Source: Octopus vulgaris (lineage: Eukaryota). Taken from it: DNA of 64,000 nucleotides. The notes beneath the pieces were generated by a model, which saw only the letters and a list, made by a program, of their open reading frames with translations, did no database searches and was not told the origin of the DNA. Below are positions 1 to 14,463 of the stretch, piece by piece. Made by a program: the position numbers and the translations under genes. The DNA lies in assembly GCA_951406725.2 (NCBI GenBank), contig OX597835.1, positions 45,756,001-45,820,000 of the forward strand, in the 5' to 3' direction. Positions within the stretch are counted from its first letter, which is position 1. Each line of letters opens with the position of its first letter.

Positions 1-1156
<1,156 letters not shown>

Positions 1157-1158
<2 letters not shown>

Positions 1159-1706
1159 GAAAATAACAATGCAATACGAAAGTATTGCTTTCCAGTAAAA
1201 GATAGCCCGTAAGGGTAAAATTATACATATAAAAGTATATAAATGGTACAACGCGGTACCGATATTTACTGGAAAATAGCGATCGTAATAAATACGACGC
1301 TATTGTATAGCTTCACTGCGTATATACTAGCAAAGCCGTGTGTGTGCAACAAACATGAAAAAATTTATCTTACCTCTAGGAGGGACAATGAAAAATGAAA
1401 AACCTAGAAACGGATAATGCAGGACCGGTTTCAGACTCTTCAAATACGTTTGACAACGTAGATTTGATTTGTCCTCATCAGCTGCATATACCTAGACAAA
1501 ATTTCAAATGTTGCCACACCTATGCCAGTACACTCGTCTGAACGCCAAAACGTTAACAGAACGAGAACAGTGAAGAAGTCTCAATGAAAATAATAATGCA
1601 ATACGAAAGTATTGCTTTCCAGTAAAAGATAGACCGTAAGGGTAAAATTATACATATAAAAGTAAATAAATGGTACAACGGGCTATCTTTTACTGGAAAG
1701 CAATAC
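1157..1706 (-). mobile_element. Non-coding PLE-like/retrozyme-like module: partial tandem (427 bp period), short 5' inverted segment, hammerhead
   Basis: 1157-1252 repeats at 1584-1680; 1679-1706 is the reverse complement of 1182-1209; minus-strand 3' end abuts (TA)n; hammerhead lies between the repeats. Confidence 0.75.
1417..1487 (-). ncRNA. Type I hammerhead ribozyme, canonical core
   Basis: Minus strand ATGCAG-CTGATGA-GGAC..(extended hairpin)..GTCT-GAAA-CCGG-TC-CTGCAT: 6 bp stem I, palindromic stem III, GUC cleavage triplet. Confidence 0.85.
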
Positions 1707-1789
1707 AAACAAAGAAAAAAGACAGAAGAAAGCAAAGGACCACTGATGAGATCACAGAAGCAATTACTCAGCTTTCTTGCGACTGCATT

Positions 1790-2215
1790 CCACAAAGGTG
1801 ATCTTCTCTTCGAGGCCATAAGGTGTCCAATCTCTCAACAGAGGCTGGTAATGTATAAAGCTAACGTGAAGAACAACTTGTTAAGTATTCATACTGTAGA
1901 GCTTCCTACTGATCGAAAGCGATGCTGTCCTGGACCGTATCTAGAAATCGTGTGTCGAATGAATGACTCTGAACCACAGACATACTTCAGCCTCTGCTCC
2001 ACTAACCCGCAATCTCCTTTGCCTGTCTATATTTCATCACAAGGATGGCCTCTGTACCATACTCTCCGATTTATTTTGCCGAATCACACACTTATTACGT
2101 TCAATTACATTCTGGAGATGCTTACAAACCTTGCAGACGTTGATCAGCAAAATTGAAGGCAACAAACTATTCAAACAGTCATGGTTACTATCCTTTCTTC
2201 AAGACTTATCCAGTG
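1790..2215 (+). mobile_element. Possible highly decayed RTE-like 3' fragment
   Basis: Weak resemblance to the RTE R..L.VS...RVSNE.L motif around 1920-1970; fragmented. Confidence 0.3.
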
Positions 2216-2226
2216 ACTACGTATAT

Positions 2227-2276
<50 letters not shown>

Positions 2277-2278
<2 letters not shown>

Positions 2279-2434
2279 TCTTTTACTCTTTTACTTGTTA
2301 CAGTCATTTGACTGCGGCCATGCTGGAGCACCGCCTTTTTAGTCGAGCAACTCGACCCCGGGACTTATTCTTTGTAAGCCCAGTACTTATTCTATCGGTC
2401 ACTTTTTGCCGAACCGCTAAGTTACGGGGACATG

Positions 2435-2491
<57 letters not shown>

Positions 2492-2647
2492 TCTTTTACT
2501 CTTTTTACTTGTTTCAGTCATTTGACTGCGGCCATGCTGGAGCACCGCCTTTTTAGTCGAGCAACTCGACCCCGGGAGCTATTCTTTGTAAGCCCAGTAC
2601 TTATTCTATCGGTCACTTTTTGCCGAACCGCTAAGTTACGGGGACAT
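2277..2647 (-). repeat. Two tandem 3' fragments of the CORE-type SINE, separated by (TA)n
   Basis: 2277-2430 and 2489-2645 near-identical, both truncated at GTTACGGGGAC and followed by ATGTATT(TA)n. Confidence 0.9.
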
Positions 2648-2648
2648 G

Positions 2649-2691
<43 letters not shown>

Positions 2692-2693
<2 letters not shown>

Positions 2694-3101
2694 TTTTTAC
2701 TCTTTTACTTGTTTCAGTCATTTGACTGCGGCCATGCTGGAGCACCGCCTTTAGTCGAGCAAATCGACCCCGGGACTTATTCTTTGTAAGCCCAGTACTT
2801 ATTCTATAGGTCTCTTTTGCCGAACCGCTAAGTGACGGGGATGTAAACACACCAGCATCGGTTGTCAAGCAATGCTAGGGGGACAAACACAGACACACAA
2901 ACATATACACACACACTTATATATATATATACATATATACGACAGGCTTCTTTCAGTTTCCGTCTACCAAATCCACTCACAAGGCATTGGTCGGCTCGGG
3001 GCTATAGCAGAAGACACTTGCCCAAGATGCCACGCAGTGGGACTGAACCCGGAACCATGTGGTTGGTTAGCAAGCTACTTACCACACAGCCACTCCTGCG
3101 C
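2692..3101 (-). mobile_element. tRNA-derived CORE-type SINE (octopus OR-like), full length
   Basis: Minus strand GGCGCAGGAGTGGCTGTGTGGTAAG..GGTTCAGTCCC (A/B boxes), CORE-like CTTGGGCAAGTGTCTT, (GTAAAAGA)n tail; matches 39974-40389 and 63724-64000. Confidence 0.9.
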
Positions 3102-3752
3102 CTATATATATACATACATATATAATCTCCAGCATCCACATACAAACCAAACACGCACTAGCCTGTATATACGGATATACACACGCTCTTTGAGCATCTG
3201 TCTGTGTGTTGTGAGTTGATTAGTCACCATATGTAGAACACAATCCAATTAAAGTATATATGGCTTATCCAATAATGATGTGACGATACGACTAACAATA
3301 TTCGTGGTGGTGGGGTGCGGTGGGGGTGTCGTTGGCAGCTGCGGTGGTGGCAGTGGTGGTGGTGGTGGTGGTGGTGGAATGATGATGACCGTGATGATGA
3401 TGACGAAAACGGTGTATATGATATTCAATATCCTTTATGGAAATCATTGTCTGTGCCTTAAGTAGAAATATATGACGTGCTTTCGCATAATGTCCGAGAT
3501 TCACACCCACGAGTGCAAACACAAACGTACACGCACAAGCACAACGCACGCACACATACAAACCGGCACTATTAGAATTACTGCAACTGATACACACACA
3601 ACATTATATAAAGCCATGAAACACGCAATTAAGCACACAGATATAAGCACATATGCATATAGACATACAAACACAAATGATTATAAAACCAATGAGCCAA
3701 TGAAACTGCATATTCATATTTGTATTAGGAAATGTGAATATATATACTTTTA

Positions 3753-3823
<71 letters not shown>

Positions 3824-3846
3824 TAATAATAATAATAATAATAATA
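3753..3846. repeat. (TAA)n microsatellite
   Basis: Directly visible. Confidence 0.97.
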
Positions 3847-3847
3847 A

Positions 3848-5180
3848 GGATCTGCCGGTTTGAGAAACGCCAACGTTTAACTCCAACCCCAAAAAGTTCT
3901 ACCAAGAGCTTGGCAAAAATAAAATAGACAACAATGCAACACTACCAGCTCCAGGGGAAGAATTTTGGAAAGAAATATGGTCGGTGAAGGCACACCTCAG
4001 AAAAGAGCTATCAAAACAACGAACTTAGCACCTGAACAACTTTGGACCCCTATGACAACTGAAGAGGTCATCTAGGCACTGCAAGAACTAAGAAACTGGA
4101 AGGCACTCGGGCACGATAACATCCCCAACTTCTGGTTAAAATATCTGGCAGCAACACACAAAAAGCTGGATGAAAAATTTAATGACATGCCAGCAGAACC
4201 GGAGACAATGCATGAATGGCTCGCGAAAGGGAAAACTATCCTAATTCCCAAATCAACTGAAACGGCAAACCAACAAAATTAAAGACCAATAACTTATCTC
4301 CCTACAATTTACAAAGCCTTTGCTGCAATAATATCGCAGTGATTGAGCAAGCATCTGGAAGAAAACAACCTGTTTCTAGAAGAATAGAAGAGATGCTGCA
4401 AGGGCTCATACGGCTGTAAAGATCAACTAATGATCAATAAAGCCATAACTGAAGACAGTCGTAGAAAGAAGAATGACCTACGTATGGCCTGGATAGACTC
4501 CAAACAAAAGAGGGACTGATAAAAACCAAAACCATCCCCATTAGAAGAAGAATATTCCAGGGAGACACGTTCTCTCCACTCCTTTTCTACTTGGCACTGA
4601 CACCTCTATCTGACATGCTAAATAGAACTGGATGCGGGTACAATTGTTACGGCAAAACACTCAGCCTCCTCTTATATATGGATGACCTAAAACTATACGC
4701 TATATATGATAAACAGCTGGAAAAATTACCACAGACAGTACATGGATTTACTAAAGAAATAAATATGAAACTTCGCTTAGAAAAATGTGCCTAAGCAAAC
4801 TTGAAAAGCGGAAAACTAGTTAAGAGTAGCAACATCTCACTAGAGAAAGCAAATGAAATCAGAGAATTAAACCAACGCCAGACATACAAATATTTAGGAA
4901 TCAATGAACTCGATACGATACAACACACATTTGAAAGAAAAAATGAAAAAAATACTATAGACGAGTTAGATTAATACTGAAAAAAGAGCTCAGTGCGAAA
5001 ATCAAGATAAGGTATCAACACTGTAGCCGTCCCATTTATAAGTTACAGCTACAATATCATTAACTGTATACTAAAAGAACTAACCAAAATAGACACGAAA
5101 ACATGAGGATTTAGGATGCACTAACCAAATTCTGATATAGAATGTTCATATTTATAACGTATAGAATGTGGTAGAGGCCT
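3848..5180 (+). mobile_element. R4/Dong-like LINE, decayed RT region
   Basis: Translates to NWKALGHDNIPNFWLK, GKTILIPK, GCKDQLMINKAI, IFQGDTFSPLLF, LLYMDDLKLY; stops and frameshifts; starts at (TAA)n. Confidence 0.9.
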
Positions 5181-5905
5181 TAAATGACTCGCTTTGAAGT
5201 TTTGCATTCGGTACAATTTGTTTATTTTAGTAGTTTTGACTGCAAAAGTCCCTCCTAGCGTGCGGTACCTATGAATAATAGTACCCTCTATATAATATAG
5301 ATAAGTATTTTCAAAGTTGAAAAAATTTACAGATTTTTTCTCTTACGAGGTTTTTCACGCTAACTACTGATAATTTCTTATAAAGATTTTATCCTTATTT
5401 TTGAATTTATATTTTTCACCGGAATAGTTCAATACTGAATTTTTGTTCCGAGTAGGCAAGTTGTTACCGAAATGCATTGCGAAAAAGCCCGACATGTTCA
5501 TAGATATGTAAAAATATACATTCGTACATGCTGCGGTGAATTCTACGGTTGGTTGTTGGGTATGTGATGTTGTGTTTTTTCTTATATGTCTTGAGTTCGT
5601 TGCACGGAAGAGCATAGAATGCATATTCTGCATTGATTGCGAAATCACAGGTGATATGTAACTAAATTCTGTTTTTAAATGACTCGCTTTGAAGTTTTGC
5701 ATTCGGTACAATTTATTTATTTTAGTAGTTTTGACTGCAAAAGTCCCTCCTAGCGTGCGGTACCTATGAATAATAGTACCCTCTATATAATATAAATAAG
5801 TATTTTCAAAGTTGGAAAAAATTTACAGATTTTTTTCTCTTACGAGGTTTTTCACGCTGACTACTGATAATTTCTTATAAATATTTTATCCTTATTTTTA
5901 AATAT
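5181..5905 (+). mobile_element. Non-coding partial-tandem module (495 bp period) with hammerhead
   Basis: 5181-5405 nearly identical to 5676-5902; 3' end runs into (TA)n; truncates the preceding R4/Dong fragment. Confidence 0.75.
5599..5662 (+). ncRNA. Type I hammerhead-like fold, U4G core variant
   Basis: GTTGCA-CGGAAGA-GCA..TGC-GAAA-TCAC ag GTGA-TA-TGTAAC; all three stems form. Confidence 0.65.
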
Positions 5906-5925
5906 GATATATATACATATTTAAA

Positions 5926-6081
<156 letters not shown>

Positions 6082-6668
6082 CCATATATATATACCACAC
6101 ACATATACATACTCATACACACACACGCTTACACACATGCACATATGCAGACTTAGAAAAGCAGGGATTGAATAGTCCAGGGGAATACTTTATAAGCCCT
6201 CTACAGAAATCAGACTTCCCTTATTATATTGTGTTGTAAATGGTACAGTAATCCACTTGGAGGGTAAATTCACTTTCTGGCACCAGTCCAGTTTGTATAT
6301 CCGAAGTGTAAAAAATAGCAGTTTAGTGTAAATTCTGTACATGGTCATAAATTATAATAGTGAAACACAAAAAATGGAGATTTATGCGTGAAAGAGATAG
6401 CTTTGTACGAAAGAGAATGATATAACTTAAAATTCTACAATGCATTATTTATGCATATTTATTTGATCAAATATGACATTAATTAAATATTCAGGAATGA
6501 TGCATATTGAAGTCTGTTATTTTGTTTGAAACGTATGTAGCTAATTAAATCATGAATTAATTTCCAATTTTTTTTGTGTCTTGTCTATATAGATATGCAC
6601 ATTCACAACTACGTGTAGTGCATAATTTTGAGAATTAAATAAATAAATAAGTAAATATATATATATAT

Positions 6669-6805
6669 ACAACTGCAACGTGGAAGGTGTTTATAAGCTA
6701 TTTAAGAAACCGTTAGATTCGCTTCCACATATAAATGTAATTTTTCAGAATATTTTCGTCGCTTTGAAACTGCGATCTGTTCACTGCCAAAATTCCGTGC
6801 TGCAC
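6669..6805 (-). mobile_element. Diverged copy of the G3-C8 hammerhead module family
   Basis: Homologous to 47733-47880 and 56331-56615; minus strand retains GTGAACA-G-atcgc..gcgac-GAAA-ATAT-TC; follows a short (TA)n. Confidence 0.75.
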
Positions 6806-7023
6806 ATAATTTTGCCTGGAGGGTATATCAGCAGAAACGTTGTGTTAACAACAAACAAGATGAGGACAAATATCCATCAAATATAATAATGTAAATTATG
6901 TAAATAACGTACATACTTCCTCATCTCTCAAATATTGAACTGTAAACGTATTAATATTTAGAAGCATAGATTTAAATCTATAGGTAATAAATGTACGTCA
7001 GTTTTAAGCGTTATATTATTATT

Positions 7024-7165
7024 ATATGTTTGGCTTTTCATTTGTATTTGTACAAGTTGACTCCAAGTATCATCCAGAGACCTCAAGAGAGAAGTTAAAA
7101 GATCAAGTCGGTATACCATAGGATACCATATTTTTCGTTTAGCCCTGAGAACCCTGAATCACTTT
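7024..7165 (-). mobile_element. R4/Dong-like 3' end fragment
   Basis: Similar to the 3' termini at 15253 and 21197 (TTTGTACAAGTTG..CAGAGACCTCAAGAGA). Confidence 0.6.
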
Positions 7166-7280
7166 TTCATCCGTCTCTGCGTTCTGAATTCAAATTCCGC
7201 CACGGTCGACATTGACATTCAGTCTTTCGGAGTCGATAAATTAAAACATTGAGATTGATGTAATCGACTTGACCCATCCG
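7166..7280 (-). mobile_element. Meta/MESC-type SINE fragment
   Basis: TTCTGAATTCAAATTCCGCCACGGTCGAC..TTTCGGAGTCGATAAA resembles the 38.2 kb family body; orientation and ends approximate. Confidence 0.5.
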
Positions 7281-7539
7281 TTTGATGAGGCTACAGACAG
7301 AGACTTTCCTTTTTTGCCAAACCATCATCAACTTTTTCAAGTTTAAGTTGAAAAGGAAGTTGATGGTGGAGAGAGAAGTGTTGCCTTGTAGCAAGTTTGT
7401 TGAAAGGTGGGTAAATGTTGGAAGAATGGCCAGTGGGAAAGGACCAATTCTAAACGTGCACCTGTAAAAAAAGAGAAGGGTTCTTGCCATGTTGTCCATG
7501 TTGTTCCACGAGCACCTTAAAGCGCCTCCCCTATTGGGA

Positions 7540-7801
7540 TAAGCAGCTGTAGTCGATGAAACATGTGGTAGTAGTACGAATTATTGTCGGAGCCCTGGGA
7601 ACAGCGAAGGAAAGTCTTGAGAAGAACATGGAATAAATAGGGGCTGCAATATGGGTGGAACCCTTACTGAAAATAGCACTGCCTGGAACTGCTCGTATAC
7701 ACCGGATGCTCCTCGAAAAATAAGGGGGTGTTACATTAATTCGCTGGAAGTGAACAGCTGGCACCGTAGTACATCTCCAGTGTTAGAAGCTGTGCAAAGA
7801 C
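7540..7801 (+). mobile_element. R4/Dong-like REL endonuclease C-terminus and 3' UTR
   Basis: VVVRIIVGALGT..LKIALPGTARI motif; ends in (TAA)n. Confidence 0.75.
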
Positions 7802-8260
<459 letters not shown>

Positions 8261-8262
8261 TA

Positions 8263-9171
8263 GGCTAGAAGTCCACTCATCAGTGGCTTCGGAGCTCAGG
8301 GCTAAAGGCAGAGAGTTAAGAAGTTGTTTCCGCTGGTCAAGATCAAAGTTTATTGATCCAAAATTACCTCACCAGTTTGATGAAAATGGATTAGACCAAA
8401 AGTGCCGATATTGCAACGAAGCGATTAAAAAACATTGGATCACCTAATCTCTGGATGTAAAGTTTTAGCACCCATAATGTATAAATCAAGATATATACAG
8501 AGTTGACCAATAGCTACACTAGTTAATATGTCGGCTTCACAAATCAAAACTGTTGACAAGTTGTATGATGACCGACACCAAGTTGTTAGAGAGGGAGAAA
8601 ATATAACGATTCTGTGGGGCACTCTAATACGTAATACAGAACGATCAAAGTTAATTTACCGGACATTGTTATGAAAGACTAAAACAATAAACTTCGTATA
8701 TTGATCGATTTTAGCATTCCTTATAATCACAATATTTCGGCAAAAATATTTAACGAGCTCATAAAATATAAAGATTTCCGTATTGAAATCGAAAACATGT
8801 CATATCTCAAGACATTTACAATTCCAATGGTTGTAGGAGCATTGGGAATAATCAAAAAAGGAACTGAACATTATTTTAGATTGACACATGTTTTACCTTT
8901 CCTGCAAGAAATGTAAAGATTGTTTTAACTGGTATTTCACACGAATTGAGAAGAGCATTGTCGGTGACAGAACGATTTCTAACTGTGTGATTGAATATTT
9001 TAATTGTTTTAAATTTTTCATTTCTTTACATAACAGCATTTCATTTTGGAACTGAACATTTGAGGTGCTTAATCTAATAGCCTATCAATGTATATATTGC
9101 GTTTCTTTGCCCAAGGAGTCGGGAAGACACTGGACATGAAATGGAAACAAAGATGAAAGAAAAAGAAAATC

Positions 9172-9172
<1 letters not shown>
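8263..9172 (+). mobile_element. R4/Dong-like fragment (CCHC finger, REL endonuclease, 3' UTR)
   Basis: KCRYCNE, IDFSIPYNHNI..KYKDFRIEI..TIPMVVGALG; bounded by TAA-type repeats. Confidence 0.85.
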
Positions 9173-9246
<74 letters not shown>

Positions 9247-9269
9247 TATACTTATTATTATTATTAAGA

Positions 9270-9709
9270 AAATACTTGTATACTGAGATATATAAATGTT
9301 CCCACTGATAAGAATATATGTCTCAAGGAATTTGACAAACTAATTAAATAAAAGGACCTGGAAATTAAAATACAACGCATGTTGTATATTAAAGCGAGAA
9401 CTGTTAATGCTATTGTAAGTACCCTAGGTATGATAAAAGAAAATATTAGAAATATCTAGAAACATATATTAGAAACATCCCAGGAGAACCTTGTCTCAGA
9501 GAAATCCAAAAGATTGTGCTGACAAATGCTGCCCACATCCATAGTAAAGGCCTTTCCATTTAAATGTCTGTGATGTATTAAATGAAGATATTTCACTACT
9601 TCCCTCCCCAAGCTTTCAGTAATACTGTAACATCCGTTATCCTTCACTCACCCCAAGACACTCGGTTTGTTTTGGCAAGCGACAGTAAGAAACATGCAGA
9701 TTAAAATGA

Positions 9710-9712
<3 letters not shown>
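9270..9712 (+). mobile_element. R4/Dong-like REL 3' fragment
   Basis: VPTDKN..KDLEIKIQRM..IVSTLGMIK; ends in (TAA)n. Confidence 0.75.
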
Positions 9713-9790
<78 letters not shown>

Positions 9791-9791
9791 T

Positions 9792-9940
9792 AGGCACTAC
9801 CCACATCCTACGCAGAACACTTTCCATACAATAACCATCAGAGCATCACAACAAATCACAGCACATACCCAAGGCACACAGAGCTGCGCTCGGTAGTGAA
9901 GTGAAAGCACGCTATAAAAATAAAAATAAAACTACTGAAT
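9792..9940 (+). mobile_element. R4/Dong-like extreme 3' end
   Basis: GTTHILRRTLSIQ-stop plus short 3' UTR between (TAA)n tracts. Confidence 0.7.
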
Positions 9941-9971
9941 AATAATAATAATAATAATGATGATGATGATG

Positions 9972-10060
<89 letters not shown>

Positions 10061-10062
<2 letters not shown>

Positions 10063-11242
10063 GTAGGTGATAGCATCACCTTGGTATGGAGCAGGAGTTA
10101 TAAGAGAGGGGTGATGAGAATGGATAAGATGAACACAAAAATGTCGAAAGTACACGGAAACTTCCACCTTAAGAGTGACATGGATAGACGGTACTTGTCC
10201 AGAAGAAAGGGTGGGAGAGATGATTTTATCGGTTGCCAGTACTGTATTGAAGTAAAGGAAAACAGCTTACGGGGGTATATGACAAATGTCATGGAGCCAC
10301 TTTTGAAATACACGAAAAAGGCCGGTGTGATCAAAACTGAAAAATTGTGTAATGAAAGAATAGTTCAAATAATTTAACCAAAAAGAAAAACTGAAATAGG
10401 GAAGGCATGGAAAGAAAAATGTAAACTCAGTTTGCAAGTGATGTGAACGCGAAGATACGAAGACCTTTGGCTATGGATGAGGAGGATTGACCTGAAGATA
10501 GAGACAGAAGCACTCATATGTGCAGCTCGAGATCAAGCGTTAAGGGCCAACTATGTGAAATGCGGAATAGACAACATTACCGCGATAGCGACAAATGCAG
10601 AAAGTGTGGGGAGAAGGATGAATCAGTATTCCACATTGTTAGCAAATGCCCGAAATTGGCACAACGTGAATACAAGAAACGCCATGACAATTTGGTAATA
10701 AGGATCCTTTGGGAACTCTGGAAATCACGGTCTACAAAGAGCAAAGACGTGGTATGAGCAAATTCCAGGAGTCGCTGAGAAAGAGAATTTCAAAATCCTG
10801 TGGGATTCAATGATCGAGTGCGATTACCGGACCAGACATCGTAAACCGGACATTGTTGTGGTGAATTAAAAAAAAAACACATATGATAATCGACATAGAA
10901 TTCCCCAGTGTTAACAAGATCAATGTGAAAGAGAAGAAAAATAGACAACTCTAACGATTTGAAGTAGGAAATACGAAGGTTGTGGTCAATGAGGAGAGTA
11001 AATGTGATACCAATAGTAATTGGTGCACTTGGAAATATCAGTACTCAACTAACAGAATGGCTGAAAAAGATCGGTGCAAGTGTGAAGGTAGAACACCAAC
11101 AATCATCATTGCTTGGAACTGCAAGAATTCTTTGTACGGTTCTTGAAGCATGATCAGGAAATAAGTAGCACCATAGTGTGCTGGCTGTGGACAGCTGACA
11201 CATTCCATCATACCCAGCAAAATAAGCAGAGAGTTTGCATCA

Positions 11243-11243
<1 letters not shown>
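10061..11243 (+). mobile_element. R4/Dong-like fragment (post-RT, CCHC finger, REL)
   Basis: HLKSDMDRRYLSRRKGGR, ETEALICAARDQAL, KCRKCGEKDESVFHIVSKCPKLAQREYKKRHD, PIVIGALG; flanked by (TAA)n. Confidence 0.9.
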
Positions 11244-11317
<74 letters not shown>

Positions 11318-11334
11318 CCTATAGACATTTATGA

Positions 11335-12800
11335 CTTTGAGCATAAAATGACAAGAGATCTAATTTTAGACTTAATAATTATGAATACGTTGGTAATATC
11401 AATATTAAGGAAAACGTTTTTATAAATAAGAGCAAGATTAAATAAATGAAGATTACCTGGTATAATGCACAATTCGCATCTTACATAGCAACTAACATTC
11501 CTCGGAAATTCTTTGCTGTTCTGGATAAATATTTCCCACGTGGAAGAAAGTACAGGAAATTATTTAATCGCCAGAGAGTAAAGTTGTTTTTTTTTATTCC
11601 ACGACCAGGCAGATAGTGTAAGTTGTGAAATTGAATCTAATGATAATTTCCCTGTAGCAGTTTAAGTAAAAGTAATTTCGACTGTGAAATTGATGGTACC
11701 TTTCAGATAAAATCTAGTAATAATATTTATTATGATGTTAATAATCCCGCTTTAACACCCACCTCTGAGAAGGGGATTAGTACTAATTCCTTTACCCACG
11801 AGAACAGCATACGAATGAATAAATATCATTGTAATTTCAAAGATCAAAATTATCCGTGCGTTAGAAAATCAGTGTTTAAAGAAGAATATCGTGCATCAAT
11901 GGATGCTCATTAATTGGGGTCGTACGTATTATTGCAAAGGTTCTTCTGCTATAATTTGCAAACCTAGATTTAAGTCTAGTATAAAATGTAATTCTACGAA
12001 CTTTAGTAAATGCAGTTGAGATTTAACATACAGAAACATTAACTATACTAGCAAGTGGTCCCTTATTATTTATGCACCAAGACTGTTAATTTTTAAAATA
12101 ATGTTTGCATTTAGGAATTGCATTACATAAATACTTCGAAATTAGAATTTTTAAGTTATTTAAATAATTTTACATTGAAATGTCCTCATAAAAATTGAAA
12201 AAGATATTTAAATATTTCAATAGTAAATAACCCATTAATTATGAATGCTTTTCCAATAATCTAATACTCTTATTGTTTCTAAAACATTTCTTAGCATATT
12301 TAATAGATAACTAATTGATGTGATATAGAATTTTTGTTAATTTTTTCTCCTCCCGTTATCTAGTGACGTCATCAACAGCCAAATAAATATAATTGCTTAT
12401 TCTATAATCTAATATGCTTAATTTTTATAAAACATTTTTAGCATATTTCATAGATAGGCAACTAATTGACGTGACGTAGGATTTCAATATTGTTTTTTCT
12501 CTCGTTATCTACTGACCTCACCAAAAGTTAAATACTAAATTGGCTTTTTTTAGAATATTGTATTTCTTCTTAAAGTTCTTTATGTTCGTGTGCGGGAGAT
12601 ATTTTCTTACTTCACTTTGAATTTAGCCCACTTTGAATTGATTTGATAACGTTGTGCTAGCATATATTTGCGGATATATGAAGTTACAATATGCCTGCAT
12701 TTTTGTTTATAAATACGCTGGCACAATATAAAGGGCCGTCAGGAATGCATACTGTAATCATGAATTAAAGATATGATTTTCTCCATTCTTATTCTTGCTT
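11335..12800 (+). mobile_element. Decayed Penelope-like element (Naiad-like) 3' part
   Basis: 11450-11585 reads KITWYNAQFASYIATNIPRKFFAVLDKYFPRGRKYRKLFNRQRVK, resembling the PLE linker WFNPP..TNIG..F..L..KHFP..KIFNR..VK; ~150 bp internal repeat 12283-12400/12432-12548; ends in (TA)n. Confidence 0.6.
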
Positions 12801-12881
12801 TATATATATATATATATATGAGACATATTTGTATCCAGAAGACCGAACGTGGCAGGTAAGGCTATATGTATGTATGTATGT

Positions 12882-12930
<49 letters not shown>

Positions 12931-12954
12931 GAGAGAGAAAGAGAGCGAGATAAC

Positions 12955-12985
<31 letters not shown>

Positions 12986-13070
12986 ATAGATAGATGTAAA
13001 AAATGTAAGTGTCGAGCACAAGGAACGAGTGTCCGACATCGTATTGTTGGATGATGATTCTTTATTTGTG

Positions 13071-13114
13071 TATTAAGGATACCATTGGTTTCATGCTAAG
13101 AGAATGCCTTAATA
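13071..13114 (-). ncRNA. Hammerhead remnant lacking the CUGANGA box
   Basis: Minus strand TATTAAGG..AGCAT-GAAA-CCAATGG-TA-TCCTTAATA: stem I, GAAA and near-palindromic stem III present, core box absent. Confidence 0.4.
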
Positions 13115-13187
13115 TCTATGTGATTGGCTGGAAAAGTTAAGATATTTTCTTAACAGGAAAGCAATGATAGCCTTAATAGGAGGAAAA

Positions 13188-13230
<43 letters not shown>

Positions 13231-13251
13231 CGTGTGTGTGTGTCTGTTGGC

Positions 13252-13252
<1 letters not shown>

Positions 13253-13345
<93 letters not shown>
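13253..13345. repeat. (GATA)n microsatellite
   Basis: Directly visible. Confidence 0.97.
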
Positions 13346-13367
13346 GTAGGTAGATATACACATATAT

Positions 13368-13544
13368 GATAGATCGTTAGCCACTACACACATTTTCCCT
13401 CCTTGTTTCTCTCGTTGTTTTTTTTTCGTGTACCTTTTTGTAGAAAAGCGTAGGCTCGAAACGTAAAATACTTTTTCTATTCCTGAGCGTTATACTAATA
13501 CATGTGTTTGTTTTGTACACCACCTGTCTTCGTAAACTTTCCCT
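13368..13544 (+). mobile_element. PLE 3' terminal repeat with minimal hammerhead variant
   Basis: Homologous to 29858-30048; TTT-TTGTAGA-A-AAGC gtag GCTC-GAAA-CG-TA-AAA at 13435-13468; between (GATA)n and (TA)n. Confidence 0.7.
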
Positions 13545-13563
13545 ATATATATATATATATATG

Positions 13564-13644
<81 letters not shown>

Positions 13645-14050
13645 TATATATATACACCCAAATACACACAGACGCATGCAGACACAAACACACACATACA
13701 TACACACAATCGTGTGGATATACTGGGATTTCATGCGAATTCCTTTCTTCATATCGAAACTCGTATCGAATGAGGAGCAAACGCCACGTTGATTTCATGT
13801 TCTTCATTAGTCATCGGTTATTACTCATATTCTTCAATTTAATCGATAACTCCACAACCCACCCGGCACACAACATTTCAATGTATAGCTATATCCATTT
13901 ATCTTCTATTTACAAATATCGAACGGGTCTATATTACCTTTCATCCTCGCTAGTTCAACGTAATAACTATCAGTCAAGTACTGGATCGATATAATTGACT
14001 TGCACACACACACCCATAAAATCTATCCTCTTACGCCCATAACAGAAACA

Positions 14051-14097
<47 letters not shown>

Positions 14098-14110
14098 GTT
14101 ATTATTATTA

Positions 14111-14300
14111 AGGCGGTGCACTGGCAGAATCGTTAGCACGTTGGACGAAATATTTAGTGGTGCTTTGGCCATCGCTCCATTCTGAGTTCAAATTACTCCG
14201 AGGTCGACTTTGCCTTTCATCCTGTCAGGATCGATAAAATACGTACCAGTTGAATATTGGGGTCGATGTAATTGAATCATCCCCTCCTCCCAAATCGGTG
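14111..14300 (+). mobile_element. tRNA-derived Meta/MESC-type SINE
   Basis: GGCGGTG..CTGGCAGAATCGTTAGCA head; GTCGACTTTGCCTTTCATCC..TCGATAAAAT..GTACCAG central domain. Confidence 0.8.
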
Positions 14301-14363
14301 CCGTTATTGTTGTTGTTGTTAGTGTTGTTGTTGTTGTTCTTCTTCTTCTTCTTCTTCTTCTTC

Positions 14364-14463
<100 letters not shown>

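Noticed and set aside
1741-1765. CTGATGAG motif suggesting a hammerhead
   Set aside because: No GAAA box with stems I and III in register
2862-3219. Recurring ORFs MSSNARGTNT../MLGGQTQT.. (also at 39916 and 63689)
   Set aside because: Antisense translations of the SINE; they recur because the SINE does
12620-12662. Possible hammerhead at the end of the 11.3-12.8 kb PLE
   Set aside because: TAGC/GCTA stem present but both core boxes are too degenerate
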